A stretch of DNA of 64,000 nucleotides, taken from Eledone cirrhosa. Its lineage: Eukaryota. The position numbers were made by a program, and so were the translations under genes. The notes beneath the pieces were generated by a model. The model was given only the letters and a program-made list of their open reading frames with translations. It was not told the origin of the DNA and did not search any database. Location: positions 39,432,001 to 39,496,000 of the forward strand of contig OZ024744.1 of the NCBI GenBank assembly GCA_964016885.1. The letters are read 5' to 3'. Position 1 is the stretch's first letter, and each line of letters starts with the position of its first letter. Of the stretch, positions 39,601-52,778 are shown piece by piece.

Positions 39601-40745
39601 CACAGGTCACGAATTTGTGGTCCGTGTAGTCGACTACTTTAAATTGTAGACAACTTACACTAGCCTTATCTGTTTCCCTACAGAATACCCTATCTAAATA
39701 CGATCTGGATGACCCGATGCGGTTTGCCCATGTCCACATTGGTACATTCGGATAATCCAGTCTATACCTGTCAGACAGTTCAAAACGTCTGAGCAGGTTG
39801 TTGAGGCTTTTACACCCTCCTGTCCTGTCTACTAGCCCCACATAATCCAAGCGTGCATTTAAGATACTGTTCCAGTCACCCACTAACACTAAGGAGCGGG
39901 ACATTCCAAGAAAGGTCTCTAGACGTCTGAAGAAATCTGGCCGTCCTGCCCCTGTTGGGGCGCTGCTGGTCACGTCCAGCACCACCGACTTACCTTCTGG
40001 GTCCAGGAAGATGGCCCATATGGTGAGATCCAAGCCTCTCCGAAAAAGCACAGCAACCCCTCCCCCCAATCCTGTACGGCTGGGAGATATGTATACATCG
40101 TAGCCGCCGAAGATCGGTGCCAAGTCTCGTGCTTCGGAGATTCTGGTCTCGCTGATGGCCACCACATCTATGTTTAGTGACCTGAGGTCGATGAGCAGGT
40201 GACCCTGCTTCCAAGATGACCCCAGGCCACGTGCATTTATGCTGCCTATTCGAAGTATGGCCATGTTCGATGAGGAACGGGGCAAGTGAGAAAGGATCAC
40301 TTACCTTGATCGTGTGGAGAAGGGACAGTAGAACCGTCCCCTCGGCTTGTCATGGGTGTCTCCAAGACGATATCTTTGTATATTATTTTGGAGAGTGACC
40401 CCCTGAAATCCCCAACTGCGTTGGGGAATTTTTGTTTTAATTGTTTGTAGTTTTCGAGTTCAATTTCTACAATGTTAATGTTTTTTGGTAATGTTCTTGG
40501 TGTTGGTGGTGTGTGGTAATTTACGTCTGAAATATCGGTGTGGTGTTTTATGCGTTCCATTAGTCCTTGGTGTGCAATGTTTATTGCTGTGTACTTTTTG
40601 TGGGGAGCGGTGGTTTTGTTGCTGTTTTCTTGTTGTTGCTGTTGGGTATGTGTGGTTTGTTGTGTTTGTGATATTGGTGTTTTTGGTGATGCTGGTGTTG
40701 GTGTGCTTGTTGTTGGTGTTGATGCTTGTGGTGGTGATGGTGATA
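36640..40745 (-). mobile_element. Tx1-like LINE, diverged subfamily (copy C), ORF1 truncated by a nested copy
   Basis: ORF2 pieces 39458-40264, 38426-39400 and 37335-38453; ORF1 C-terminus KFPNAVGDFR; 3' end lies at an AAT tract. Confidence 0.88.
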
Positions 40746-40747
40746 AT

Positions 40748-41682
40748 GTTTTCTTTATTAACAACGAGGGTTGACATAAAGTTACAGGACGGTATGAATG
40801 GGCATTTCTGCGTGTAAAGTAAAAAACACAGAAAATGACAAAAGAGAAACAAAGGAAAATTCCCCAATAGGGGAGAGACTTTCAAGGGAGATTCGTGGAG
40901 AAAGACCATTAAAAAATCCACGGTGACCCTGCCCACCAGGGCAAGTGCCCTCTCCCAGTTTTCCACCTTTAATTTACAGATACGTACTCAGAGTAGGCCC
41001 ATTCACTCGGGCCATTCTTGCTTCTCTCACCCATCTTTCAACAAAATGCTGGGAAGAGATCACTTCCCTCTCTACCCTGATTTTAGTTAATCAGGGCATT
41101 TCCGAAGTTAATCAGGGCATTTCCGAAGAGGTAAGTGCTCGTCTTCAGCCCTTTCAAACGCGTCCACCACACGACCTCTTTCGCCATGGCCACCAGACAG
41201 ATAAAAACTGCCTGTCCTTCCTGGCTAAAGGAAGAGAGCGGGGAAATCCTCACGATGGACTCAGCTGATAGCCGGATCCGTCCTACACGCGACAGCAGAT
41301 GTTCGAAATAAACCCACAAGTCAGAAATACTCGGACAATGGACGAGTACGTGCAGGACAGGCCCGGTTGACGGCACTTCCATACCTGCAAAGTTTATCCC
41401 GAACTGGCAAATCTCCTAGGTAGCACTGCCAGGTCAGTGATTTCTGGAAGTTGTCCATGGGTCCCGGCCCAAAAGTTCTCTAGAAGATATTGGCTAGTTG
41501 ATTTTCGTCGACGCCCAGAGTCTCCGCAAGGACGTCGTCGCTCTTTCTCTCCACTAATCCTCTATAGAACGCCGAAGTGGAGTTTTCACCGACCGCATTG
41601 CCCGATTGGTCGAGGGCTGTGAGCGCCTGAAGACATTCCAGTTTACAAGCGCTCCCTCTCGGTCTTCACTTGACCGAGGACT
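40748..41682 (-). mobile_element. 5'-truncated Tx1-like LINE (copy D) nested in copy C
   Basis: 3' UTR plus ORF2 C-terminus; junction GGTGATAAT-GTTTTCTTTATTAAC. Confidence 0.85.
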
Positions 41683-41684
41683 AA

Positions 41685-41866
41685 TAATAAAGGTTTCTGA
41701 TTTAGGCACGTGGCCAACAATTTTGGGCGAGAGAAAAGTCGATTAAATCGGCTCTAGTGCATTACTGGTACTTTATTTATCGACCCCGTAAGGATGAAAG
41801 GCAAAGTTAACCTCGGCGGGATTTGAACTCAGAACGTAAAAGGGTATAACTTTAAGCTGCAAAGCA
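41685..41866 (-). mobile_element. Octopus-type SINE
   Basis: Family core sequence, with the 3' end at TAATAATAA. Confidence 0.8.
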
Positions 41867-42073
41867 TAAATGTAAGGACTGGAAAAATGCACCAAAGCAA
41901 CATTCAAGAAAAGCAGAATGACAAGCACAAACTCAATGGAAATAAATGTAAATACAGTAATTAGGGATCTAGAACAGGAACAAGCCTACAGTTATCTAGG
42001 GATCAATGAATGCCAGAGTATTCACCAGCCCAGTATGAAAGAGAGAATCAGGAAGGAATGCTATTGGAGAGTA
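41867..42073 (+). mobile_element. Dong/R4-like RT fragment
   Basis: GLEKCTKATFKK...DLEQEQAYSYLGINE...MKERIRKECYWRV, homologous to 19660-19860. Confidence 0.7.
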
Positions 42074-42074
42074 C

Positions 42075-45043
42075 ATGGTGTCGCTGAATAACCACACACA
42101 ACTGCTTGGGATCAAGTACCATGCTCCCGTCGTGGTCCGCCAAAGACCGGATTGTGGATTAGTTGTCACGTCGCGCCTCCGCCACTCGGGTCCATTGACC
42201 GGCTTTCGTCCCCTCGTGTCTAAGAGCATGTGCCCTAGCTATAACAATGCAGCCTACGTGCTTAGCGTTGAAAAATTAATCCAGGGCCAATCTTGCTGCA
42301 AGCACATCAACAGTGATGCCTTTACTATGTGCCTTTTCTAGCTTTCTAACTAGCTCTCCCTCTACTCTAGTTTTTCTATCGTTACAGCTTTACTTAACCT
42401 TATCGATTCTGCTCTACTCGGCCTTTTCAAGGCTTGTTGCCATTTGTTGTTGACGATTGCCTCCTTCAACGCTCGCTTAACTAATTCATTAATACGGTCT
42501 CTGTAGGCAATGTGCGCCGAGAACGGCATGTTCAGCGGCCAGTAACCGGCTCCCTGTCTATAAAGTCTATCTAGATCGACTACACAAATCACAAATTTGC
42601 GGTCTGTATAGTTGACTATTTTGAATTGCACATAACCTATACTAGACTTATCAATTTCCCTACAGAATACCCTATCTAGATGACCCGATACGGTTAGGCC
42701 ATGTCCACATTGACACATTCGGGAAATCTAGTCGGTACCTATCAGACAATTGGAAGCGTCTAAGCATGTTTGAGAGGCTTTTACACCCAACTCCCCTACC
42801 TGCAAGTCCTGCACAGTCCCATCGTGCGTCTAAGATAGTGTTCCAGTCTCCCACTAGCACACTAGCTCTAAGGAGCGGGATGTTGAAGAAATCAGGCCAC
42901 TAGCCTGAAAGCATGATCTTCGTTGCTGGTCACAATCAACACCCCCAACTTACTTTCGGGGTCCAGGATGATGGTCCTTATCATGAGATCGCAGCCTTTT
43001 CCAAATAACGCAGAAACTCCGCTCCCAGATCCACGACGACTTGAAGATGCGTACACCTCGTAACTATCGAAAATGGATGCGAAAGTTCGTGAGTCGGGAA
43101 TTCTGGCCTCGCTGATGGCCACCACATCTATGTTCAGTAACCTGAATTCGTTGAGAAGGCGACCCTGCTTCCAAGACATCCCAGGCCACGTGCATCTACA
43201 CTGCTTCTACTGAGTGAGACCTGTTCGATGGAGAGGAGGAAAGCGTGGGAAGGCCCGCTTACGTTAGTCTTTTGGAGAAAGGACGGTTGCTCCACCCCTC
43301 TGGCCAATTGAAGGTTCCTCAGTAAGAATGTCTGTATAAATTGTTTTCGAGAGAGCCCTTCGGTAGACACCAACTGCCTCGGGAAATTTTGTCATTGTTC
43401 GTATATGTTTTATGGTCTGTTTCAATGGTTTTTGTGTGGGGGCGGTTCGATTTTTTTAGTGTTATGTAATTTGTTTCCAAAATGCTGGTGTTGTGTTGTA
43501 TGTAGTTGAGTAGTTTTCTGTTGTTTGTGTTTATTAGTTTAGTGCATGAGCGTTCTATCTTTTTGTTTGTATTTGCTTTTGTTGTGGATGTGGGTTTGGT
43601 TTGGGATGTTGTTGGTATCTGCGGTTTCTGGTGGGGTTTTAATGGTGGTGGTACTGTTGTTGTTGTGGTGGTGGTGGTGGTGGTGGCGGCGGCGGCGGTG
43701 ATGGTGGTGGTGGCGGCGAGGCTTTAGCTTTTTTTCTGTTTAGGCTTTTTTAAGGGCGAAGACGGGAATAATTTTGTATTGATTTTTTTTATTAATGGCT
43801 TACCCCACCTTCGTCACAATTTATGACCAGTTGTATGACGTTGAAAAGGGGAGTCTCTTTCATGGGTGTTGGTGTTGTTGGTAGTGGTGATGGTGTTTTC
43901 TGTGGCGTCCCTCCAGTTGATGGCGCTCCTTCTGCTGTTGTTGACGCTGGTGCTGATGTTTTTGTATTTATTGTGACTATTGGTGGTTAAGTTGTTTTGA
44001 GTATGTGACTTGGCGTAGGAAAGCGAGAGGTCCTCGTCTCCTTCCTCATTCGTTGTGAACAGAAAACCCTGAGGTGCGTATTTGCGCCTCACATGGAATT
44101 TTGGTTTTCTGACCTCAACGGTCATAGGAAGGTTGGTGCCTTCCACAAGGTCTATTAGTCAGGGATGGTATCGATGTTCTCTTGATCCATTTAGACCAGT
44201 AGTTCCATCCCCGTTTCAGACCACTTCTCTCGTATAAATTGTTGGACCTCTAGAGCTTTTGTATTTTCTTTGAGGTCCGCGAGAACAGTTTACACTAGTC
44301 GAGGAATGGCTATTGCGTGTGGCACCTGGATTATATTGATTTTAACCAGCCTTGGGGTTCAATACGGTGACACCAGAGTTAATTGCTCATTCCTCAGGGG
44401 TGTTAGGGGGTGTTATCTGGCTTCCCCTGGGTTTGTAAAGATGACATCCACTACCCAAAATCTTTTATCTCCAGCTATATGAGTGTTGCACTCCCACATC
44501 CAACCCAAGGTCTTTTAAATGTGGGACTCGATGGCGCGCTCCACTCGTTCAGTAGGTGAGCGTACAACGGAGCACGCTCTCCACCATCCCGGGTGTTGTG
44601 TCGGTTTTACAACTTTTAATTTTTTTTTTCGGTGGTGACGTAGGTGTTGTCAGTTTCAGATTTTCCATTTCTTATTTTTTTTAGCTATATTGTTGTTGTT
44701 GTTGACGACGGTGGCCATGACTGAGATGTCTGTAGTCGTATTTGTAAGAGTGGTTGTGGTAGTAGTTGTGATGTTGCTACTGTTTTACTTGTTCCGTTCA
44801 GTAGACGCGGTGGATATGTTTCCCACCATTTGTAATTTTTGTTTTTAAATCTTGAGGGTGCAAATTTAAAATATAAAATTCAAATATGTGGGCCAAAAGC
44901 CCAAATATTATGGGGTCTCACTTCTTGAGGGTAAAGGGTAAAGGCCTTATGTCACTTTTGCAACAAAAGTTATAACAAAAATAAGCGTTTTAAATCGATA
45001 AAAATAAGAAACTTACGGGAACGAATCCACGACAACTCCGCCG
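42075..45043 (-). mobile_element. Older Tx1-like LINE, 5' half (ORF1 plus endonuclease)
   Basis: SWKQGRLLNE...IDVVAISE, GDWN and YTDRKFV remnants; probable 5' end ACTCCGCCG followed by TAATAATAA. Confidence 0.8.
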
Positions 45044-45516
45044 TAATAATAAGAATGATGCTGCTGATGATAATGATAATAATAATTCAAAGGAAAATGA
45101 AAAAACTCATCGCTAGAACAGCTGTTAAAATAGCCAAATGCTGTCATCCTCCGAGGCATTTTTGTACTCTCAATTAAATCGTGCGAAACCAATTTGCGGG
45201 TTTGAGAGCTGATGAGGCTGAAGATGTGTGTGTGCGTGAACTTGTCTTGTACATCGCCTTTTTTCTTCTTCCTGTCATTTCTATGCGCCAACACACTTCT
45301 CCTTGTTAATCTTTTCTATATTTCATCTGCCTGTCACCCACCTTATGGGTTCATTTTCTGCCGACCACTGGCCATTGGTCTCTGTCCTCTGAAGCATTTT
45401 GCTCTTTTAACAAATGTTCTACCGATGCGTTTTCTCATTTTTTCTATGAATTCAAATATACTCTCGCTTCATCTCGATCAGATACAACAATGTTAATTCA
45501 TATAATAATAATAATA

Positions 45517-47875
45517 GTTTCTTTTGTCGGCTACAAGGACCCCGGACATTGGGGATAATACAAGGACAAAGACAACACAACACAAAGAGGGTTTAATGAA
45601 ATTATAAAATACCGGGAATTATCGGCAAACTGTTTTCCCAGCCTGTGACTTTCGAAACGTTTGGGGCGCTGAGCCGCTGACAACGAAGTTCTTGTCATCG
45701 TTGAGGGCTCACCTTACCGAGGTTTCAGATGATATCCGTGTGATTGGTTGTTCTAGCACCATACCTGTTGTATACATTAAAAGAACAATTCAATACAATA
45801 ATAGAATGGGGTTTACATCAAGTAAAAGAAAGGAGACATAACTGAAGAGAAAACAGTAGGATAACAATTATAGACATTGCAATAAATATATATAAAAATA
45901 GAAGAAAAAAAAGATAGAGTAAAACAATAATAAATGTCAACCCTTGTTGACATTTATTATTGTTTTACTCTATCTTCCCCAATGGTGGTTAATCCCAGGG
46001 GTAAACCCTACACAAAGCTCTGGATTACTCTGTTTCTTCACGAGTATTAAAAGTACCCTCTCGCAGTTTCCTTCTGCATAATCAAACTAGGCCCGTTTAA
46101 TCACATCAGTATTGCCACACTCATCTATCTTTCATAAAACACACTAAAAGGCAGTACTTCCCTCTCTACCCTCACCTTTTTCTTGAAATGAATGAGGGCT
46201 TGGTCGGAGAAGAAAGTTTATGTCATCAATCATTTTAAACGAGTCCACCCACCACACATCTTCGTTCTATGTAGAGGAAAACTATATATATATCCGGTTG
46301 ATAGCCAGTTTTGCCTTACAGGTGATAGTAGTTGTTCGACACAAATCTATAATTCTACAAAGCACAGTGACTGAGCAATAGCATGCAAGACGGTTTTGTC
46401 ACCCTATGTGCAACTCGGACAGGTCCTGCTGTTGGCACATCCATTTATGTAGAGCTTCTGACGAAATAGTATTTCCCTTCTCTAGTTTTTCATGCCAAGG
46501 ATTTTTGGAAATTGGCCATGATCCCCGACCTGAATGTCCTCCAGACTGTCCTAGAAAACGCCCAAAGCCACTCCCATGTTATCATCGCTCATAGCTTACA
46601 CTACTCTTCTATCGAAAGCAAGTGTTGCTTTCTCGTCTCCTATCATATTGTTCAGTTGGTAAAGTGCAGTGAGCTTCTGGCAACACCTTAGATGCCAGTC
46701 ACTCAAACTTGGTTTGCACTTGACCCACGACTGGAGCACGGTCAAAGAGACGAGCTGCAGGAAGACATGTCACACAAAAGGCGTTTAACTTTCATTGTCA
46801 TTGCAGCGTTTGAGATGGTCTCACAGGGGTGTTAGCTGTAGCATATGCCTGTACATCAATAGTAATGGCACCCCGAGGCCGCCATGGAATGTATGTTGGT
46901 TACAGATATATTTTCAGACCAGTGAGATTTGTCCATTTAATAAAAAGTGGAAGAGCATGTGTTCTAACCTGGTCAGGTGTTTTGGAAGGCATGGTACAAT
47001 GGACAGATGGTAGTATACCACTGAAGTAATGTAGGTGTTTGCCACCTCTGCTCAACCTTTGAGAGACAGTTTTCTCTCTGCTCATCTCTGGGTGAGATTG
47101 GTTACCTTTGTCGAGACCTCTTCTCAGTTCTTGTCTACATGAAGGTCCAATCCAAACCAGATCCAAGCCCTTTAACCAAGCCATTGGTCCTGCAACAGAT
47201 ATTCCCTCTGCTCAGCATGCTGAGTATCAATCCCACTGATTTGTTCCGGTTAATGTAGGCTCTTGTAACCTGCTGGTATTCTTCCAGTATGGTACCCACT
47301 ACTTCTACATCTGAAGTATCTGACACCATGGTAGTGATGTCATCTGCGTGCACAGACACGGCTCTCCTGTGGTTAAGTTCGAGAAGAATTCCTCTCAATA
47401 TTTCTATCTTCCACAGCAAAGGTTCTAAAGTCAACAGAGGAGATGAGAGAGGAGACATCCCTGACGGGTCGACCGTTGTTTACGGAAAAGTTCTGATAAG
47501 TGGCTATTCAATTTCGACCACTAAACAGATGCTACTGTAGAATATGGCGATCCAGCTTCTGAAACAAGGGCGAAACCAGCTGCTTTTAGGACAGCCTCCA
47601 GGTAGTGATGGTCTATTCGGTCAAAAGCGTTTGACTGATCTAAATTGACCAGTGTTCCGCAAAAGCCGGATCTAATTCCCAATCACTCAACAATGTATCT
47701 CATGAAGTGGAGGCTACCATGGATAGATCTGTCAGGGATTGCACAGGTCTGTTCATCTCCGACTATACTACCGATGGCAATTTCCAACCCCTTGGCAAGC
47801 ACTTTTGTCAACACTTTTAGCTCTGTGTTCAGAAGGGTTGGGAGCCTCAAGTTTTTTTTATCAGATCCCCCTTGT
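45517..47875 (-). mobile_element. Highly degenerate Tx1-like LINE, 3' half
   Basis: DQSNAFDRIDH, LSSPLLTLEPLL and VHADDIT remnants; 3' end next to TAATAATAATAATA. Confidence 0.72.
45632..45760 (+). mobile_element. Possible CRE-clade RLE retrotransposon C-terminal scrap
   Basis: QPVTFETFGAL / PLTTKFLSSLRAHLTEVSDDIR resembles the CRE C-terminal pattern FxPxAxETxG.....FL..L...L....GDPR. Confidence 0.45.
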
Positions 47876-48218
47876 TCGTACCAACCAGGGTGCTTCTAAT
47901 TAAAAACGAAAAGCTATGAAACGAAACAGTGTGAAAAACAAATTAGCCACGAGTAAAAAGTGAAAAAAAAAACAGAAAAAAAAAAAAATGAATAGATTCA
48001 AATGTTAGCCGCAACAGGCCTAGCAAGACAGGGAAAGATAATAAACTTGCTAACAAAACAAACAGAACTCGTTCTGGAGAACGTTCTGAACTGACGGGCC
48101 ATAGGCCTATCTTGTATTGGATGAAGATGATTGTTCCTGAGTCGAAATAGCATCACGAAGAGGAGTGTAAGGAGGTTGGCAACAGGAGATTGAGGTTATA
48201 TGTAGGTTGAGTGCGTAC

Positions 48219-48292
<74 letters not shown>

Positions 48293-48499
48293 TAGGATTG
48301 GTGTTCTGAAATAGCGATGTATACATGAATGTATGTATAGTATATTTGGCAATATATCGTATGTTTAATTAAAAACATTTTGAAGACCTTGCGTTATCAT
48401 TTTTATTTTTAAAGTACTGACTATGTCACTTACTTCTTTTTTTTGCAAAAGAAGGGAGAGAAGCTGACAGATTCTGTTTCACTGTTGACGATCCTCAGA

Positions 48500-48865
48500 G
48501 CAACACTCATATAGCTGGAGATAAAAGACTTTGGGTAGTGGATGTCATCTTTACAAACCCAGGGGAAGCCAGATAACACCCCCTGATACCCCTGAGGAAT
48601 GAGCAATTAACTCTGGTGTCACCGTATTGAACCCCAAGGCTGGTTAAAATCAATATAATCCAGGTGCCACACGCAATAGCCATTCCTCGACTAGTGTAAA
48701 CTGTTCTCGCGGACCTCAAAGAAAATACAAAAGCTCTAGAGGTCCAACAATTTATACGAGAGAAGTGGTCTGAAACGGGGATGGAACTACTGGTCTAAAT
48801 GGATCAAGAGAACATCGATACCATCCCTGACTAATAGACCTTGTGGAAGGCACCAACCTTCCTAT
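48500..48865 (+). repeat. Inverted near-identical copy of 44124-44489
   Basis: ORFs 44270-44482 (+) and 48507-48719 (-) are nearly identical. Confidence 0.9.
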
Positions 48866-48866
48866 A

Positions 48867-49467
48867 TTTACAAATAAACCGAGTATTATAATAAATGTTC
48901 GGTAAACCCTTACGTACATATATATATATATGTGTGCATGTATGTATATATATATACATACTACTGTACGTCTGTATACATATATTTATGTACGTATACA
49001 TACTTATATTTAAGTAACAGCCGTACTAAGAGTGAGAAAGGAAATTTCCTTTTTTCCATTTATCGTTTTCGGTACGCCCGATATGCAAATTAGGCTACTC
49101 AGCCATTAATATGCATAAGGAAAGTATATACTTTCAAACGTTCAATCAACTGACAGGAAGGTATACGGTGATGATGACAGCCAATAAGTTAGAAACTAGT
49201 TCATCGTTCCTTTGTCAGTGTTGAACAAAATGGCAGCGATGGTTGCCAACACTGTACGGCTAATAATTCGGACTGTTTGTTTACAAACAAACCGAGCATT
49301 ATAATAAATGTTCGGTAAACCCATACGTACATATATATATATATGTGTGCATGTATGTATGTATATACATACTACTGTACGTCTGTATACATATATGTAT
49401 GTACATATACATACTTATATTTAAGTATCAGCCGTACTAAGAGTGAGAAATGAAATTTCATTTTTTC
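48867..49467. repeat. Direct duplication of ~190 bp (48867-49058 and 49280-49467)
   Basis: TTTACAAA.AAACCGAG.ATTATAATAAATGTTCGGTAAACCC...GAGTGAGAAA appears twice. Confidence 0.85.
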
Positions 49468-50289
49468 CAGAAAAGTTCCATGATTGATGTCACAAAAGAT
49501 TTATTTCAAACCCAAACTTCACACTAAGAGTTTTCCCCTTCAAAGTAATCCCCCTGGAGTATGTAACTGTAATCTTAGCTCTTTGCAGCGATCAAACTTT
49601 TTTCTTCATAATTTTATATACATGTCCTCTGTTTCAGGTCGTCAAGCAATGAGCACAGAGCAACGAACATTTGAAGTTTCTGGTACGGTTGGGGAAAACT
49701 CCGTCAGAAGCACTGGGGTTGCTGCAGCAAGTGTATGGAGATGAGACGATGTCACGCTCACGTGTTTTTGAGTGGTGCAAGATGAGCGCGTCAGGGAGAT
49801 GGTGCGTAGCGATCGTCGGCTGACTGTTCGACTGATAGCAAATGAGCTGGGCATGAATTGGGACAGCGTCTGAAAAATGTTCACTGAAAATTTGGACATG
49901 CGGAAAGTCTGCGCAAAGATGGTGCGAAAACTGCTGAACGATGACCAGAAGGGTCGACGCATGCAAGTGTGCCAGGACATCGTCGAACGTCTTGAAACCG
50001 AACCACACTTGCTAGGGACAGTCATCACTAGTGATGAGTCATGGATCTTCGAGTACGACCCGGAGGGGACCCGTTTTGAAGACGTGGACGACATCAAAAA
50101 GGCTGTGACGACGGAACTGTGGAGGACCCCGGAAGAATCCTTCCAGGAGTGCATGCAAGCCTGGCAGAAAAGGATGGAAAAGTGCATTAGACTCCAGGGA
50201 GATTACTTTGAAGGAAAAACTTAGTGTGAAGTTTGGGTTTGAAATAAATCTTTTGTGACATCAGTCCTGGAACTTTTCTGACACACCTC

Positions 50290-50292
<3 letters not shown>
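49468..50292 (+). mobile_element. Mariner-like DNA transposon, internally deleted
   Basis: Transposase remnants (HTH KTPSEALGLLQQVYGD..SRSRVFEW; RKVCAKMV; ITSDESWIFEYDPE joined to GTRFEDV...GDYFEG). ~95-bp inverted termini; right end CACACCTCG-TA. Confidence 0.88.
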
Positions 50293-50331
<39 letters not shown>

Positions 50332-50621
50332 TACATATATTGTGTTTTTCTCTTGCCTTCTATTAAAAATATGACGTTTTCATTACTTGTTTATACAAAA
50401 GAAATGAATAAACAACAAAAAATAAGTGAAATTTCTGCAGATAATCGAGAAAAAAATAACTTTGTTTGATGCCCATGCTTGTTTTGACATTTGTTTTCAT
50501 TTTACTGATAAAGAATTCTTAAAATTATTGTAATAAATACTTGTGAGCTGATTTACGCAGAATAACGAAATATGACAATTCGTATATTTGCATTTCGTCT
50601 ACCGCTTACGAAGGATGGTTG

Positions 50622-50624
<3 letters not shown>

Positions 50625-50718
<94 letters not shown>
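50625..50718. repeat. (TG)n microsatellite
   Basis: Directly visible. Confidence 0.97.
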
Positions 50719-50720
<2 letters not shown>

Positions 50721-50764
50721 CTTTTTGTTTTTGCTTTTGCTTTTGTTTCGTATTTTTAAGCAGT

Positions 50765-51976
50765 ATGGTGTGGTACGATGAATTTTGGCAGTTATATCTT
50801 GAAGGTCACGGGATTGCGCACAGCAGACAAATACATAGCCCACAAGACTTATGCTGTGCCAATCTTAACACCAACATTTGGCTTGCTGGACTGGTCATTG
50901 TAAGAACTAAGAGAGATGAATATAAGAACTAACAAGCTTCTCAGTGTTACTTGGAACTTTAACATCAATGGTGATGTGGATAGACTATACTTCTGCTGTG
51001 GCTGGGGTCTAAAATCCATCTTAACATCATATGTGACCCAGATAGTAACACTGAAGCAACATCTTCAACAGAAGAAAAAGGTCAGCAACTATCTTGCCTA
51101 GGTTTATGAGAGTGAAGGAAATAATACCATTAGGATAACCACTGATCTGGAGGAGAGATATGGAATAAGGCCTGATATAAATATCTCTCCCAGGGAAATT
51201 GGAAGATCCTATTCAATGCTCGAACAAGATAAAAAGCCTGGCATAGAGTTACGACAAGTTTATGACATCCCACTTTGAAGGATATCTCTATGCAATACAG
51301 GAACAAGAACTCCCTACTAAATATCTGCTACACAAAAGAGGAGGGCCATCAGTCGATAATAAATGTAGGCTATGTAAAACAGAGATCGAAGATGTTAGCC
51401 ACATTGTTGCCAACTGCGAAAGAATGTCGTCTCGTTACTACCTCCCTATGAGACACAATGCGATAGCTAGAACCATCTGGAACATACTTAGGAAAACAAA
51501 ATTAAAAACAAGGAGGAATATGTTGAGATAGATGGCACTAAAGAATACTGGTGGAACCTGAAAATAAAAACTACCATCAAATTAAAGCACAACCGGCCTG
51601 ATATTGTTGTTTGGGACCACACATTGAAAACGTGTTCTGTTGTAGAGATCAGCTGCCCACTTGATGTCAACGTTGTAAGAAAACTACCAGAGAAGGAGGA
51701 CATCTACGGACCATTGATGAGGAGTTTGCAGATCCATCATTATTAGAGCTACAGATTATATACCAGCCTGCTTGGACCAAAGTATGACTGAACTTGGATT
51801 TGTGGACAAAGAGCACAGCTCCCTAATTCATAGACTACAAATGGCTGCGATAGCTGGCACCTTCAAAATTTGCAAAACATTCTTCCGATTCAAGGGATGA
51901 CAATTTTCTTTCTATTACAACCTTGCCACCAGGAAGGTGGCCAGTCAAAAAGGTACTAGAAATTAAGAGAAAGAGA
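50765..51976 (+). mobile_element. RLE-type (R4/Dong-like) retrotransposon, 3' part, ending at (ACAT)n
   Basis: AIQEQELPT, CRLCK...EDVSHIVANC, RHN, NRPDIVVWD...VEISCPLD; ends GAAATTAAGAGAAAGAGA then ACAT repeats. The left boundary is approximate. Confidence 0.8.
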
Positions 51977-52061
51977 AGCGTGTATACATACACACATACA
52001 TACATACATACATACATACATACATACATACATACATACATACATACATACATACATACAT

Positions 52062-52210
52062 GGTGGCTGCCAACTCGTTTTCGAGTACGGCCACTACTTT
52101 ATATCCATGTAGGAGAACCCCTACCGATGCGCTGAACAAGTGTGACTTTTTAGTCCAGCCAGCGACTTGAAAACTCTGGTACAAACACTACACCTGTGAC
52201 AATTCTTGAC
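52062..52210 (-). mobile_element. RTE-like 3' stub with C2H2 finger inside (ACAT)n
   Basis: CSVCTRVFKSLAGLKSH, terminal stem-loop ACTCG-AAAA-CGAGT and an (ATGT)n tail. A related stub lies at 55371-55420. Confidence 0.65.
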
Positions 52211-52362
52211 ACACATACATACATACATACATACATACATACATACATACATACATACATACATACATACATGCATACATACATGCATACATACATACAT
52301 ACATACATACATACATACATACATACATACATACATACATACATACATACATACATACATAC

Positions 52363-52660
52363 ATGATGAGGAGCTTACAAATCCAGTATCCAAGATACAC
52401 CTTTAGCTTCATACCCATCATTATTGGTGCTACGGGTTATATACCAACCCGCTTGGACCAAAGTATGACCGAACTTGGATTTGCGGACAAAAAGCGCAGC
52501 TCCCTAATTCATAGTCTACAAATGGCTGCGATAGCTGGCACCTTCAAAATATGCAAAACATTCTTGCGATTCAAGGGATGACAATTTCTTTTCTTTTACA
52601 ACCTTGCCACCAGGAAGGTGGCCGGTCAAAAAAAATATACTCGAAATTAAGAGAAAGAGA
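52363..52660 (+). mobile_element. 3' stub of the (ACAT)n-associated RLE family
   Basis: MMRSLQIQYP...KICKTFLRFKG* plus UTR; (ACAT)n on both sides. Confidence 0.82.
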
Positions 52661-52778
52661 AAACATACATGCATACATGCATACATACATACATACATAC
52701 ATACATACATACATACATACATACATACATACATACATGCATACATACATACATACATACGTACATACATACATGCAT

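Noticed and set aside
45180-45222. GCGAAACC...GGTTT...CTGATGAGGC hammerhead-like words
   Set aside because: No stem I can form between the putative cleavage site and CTGATGA.
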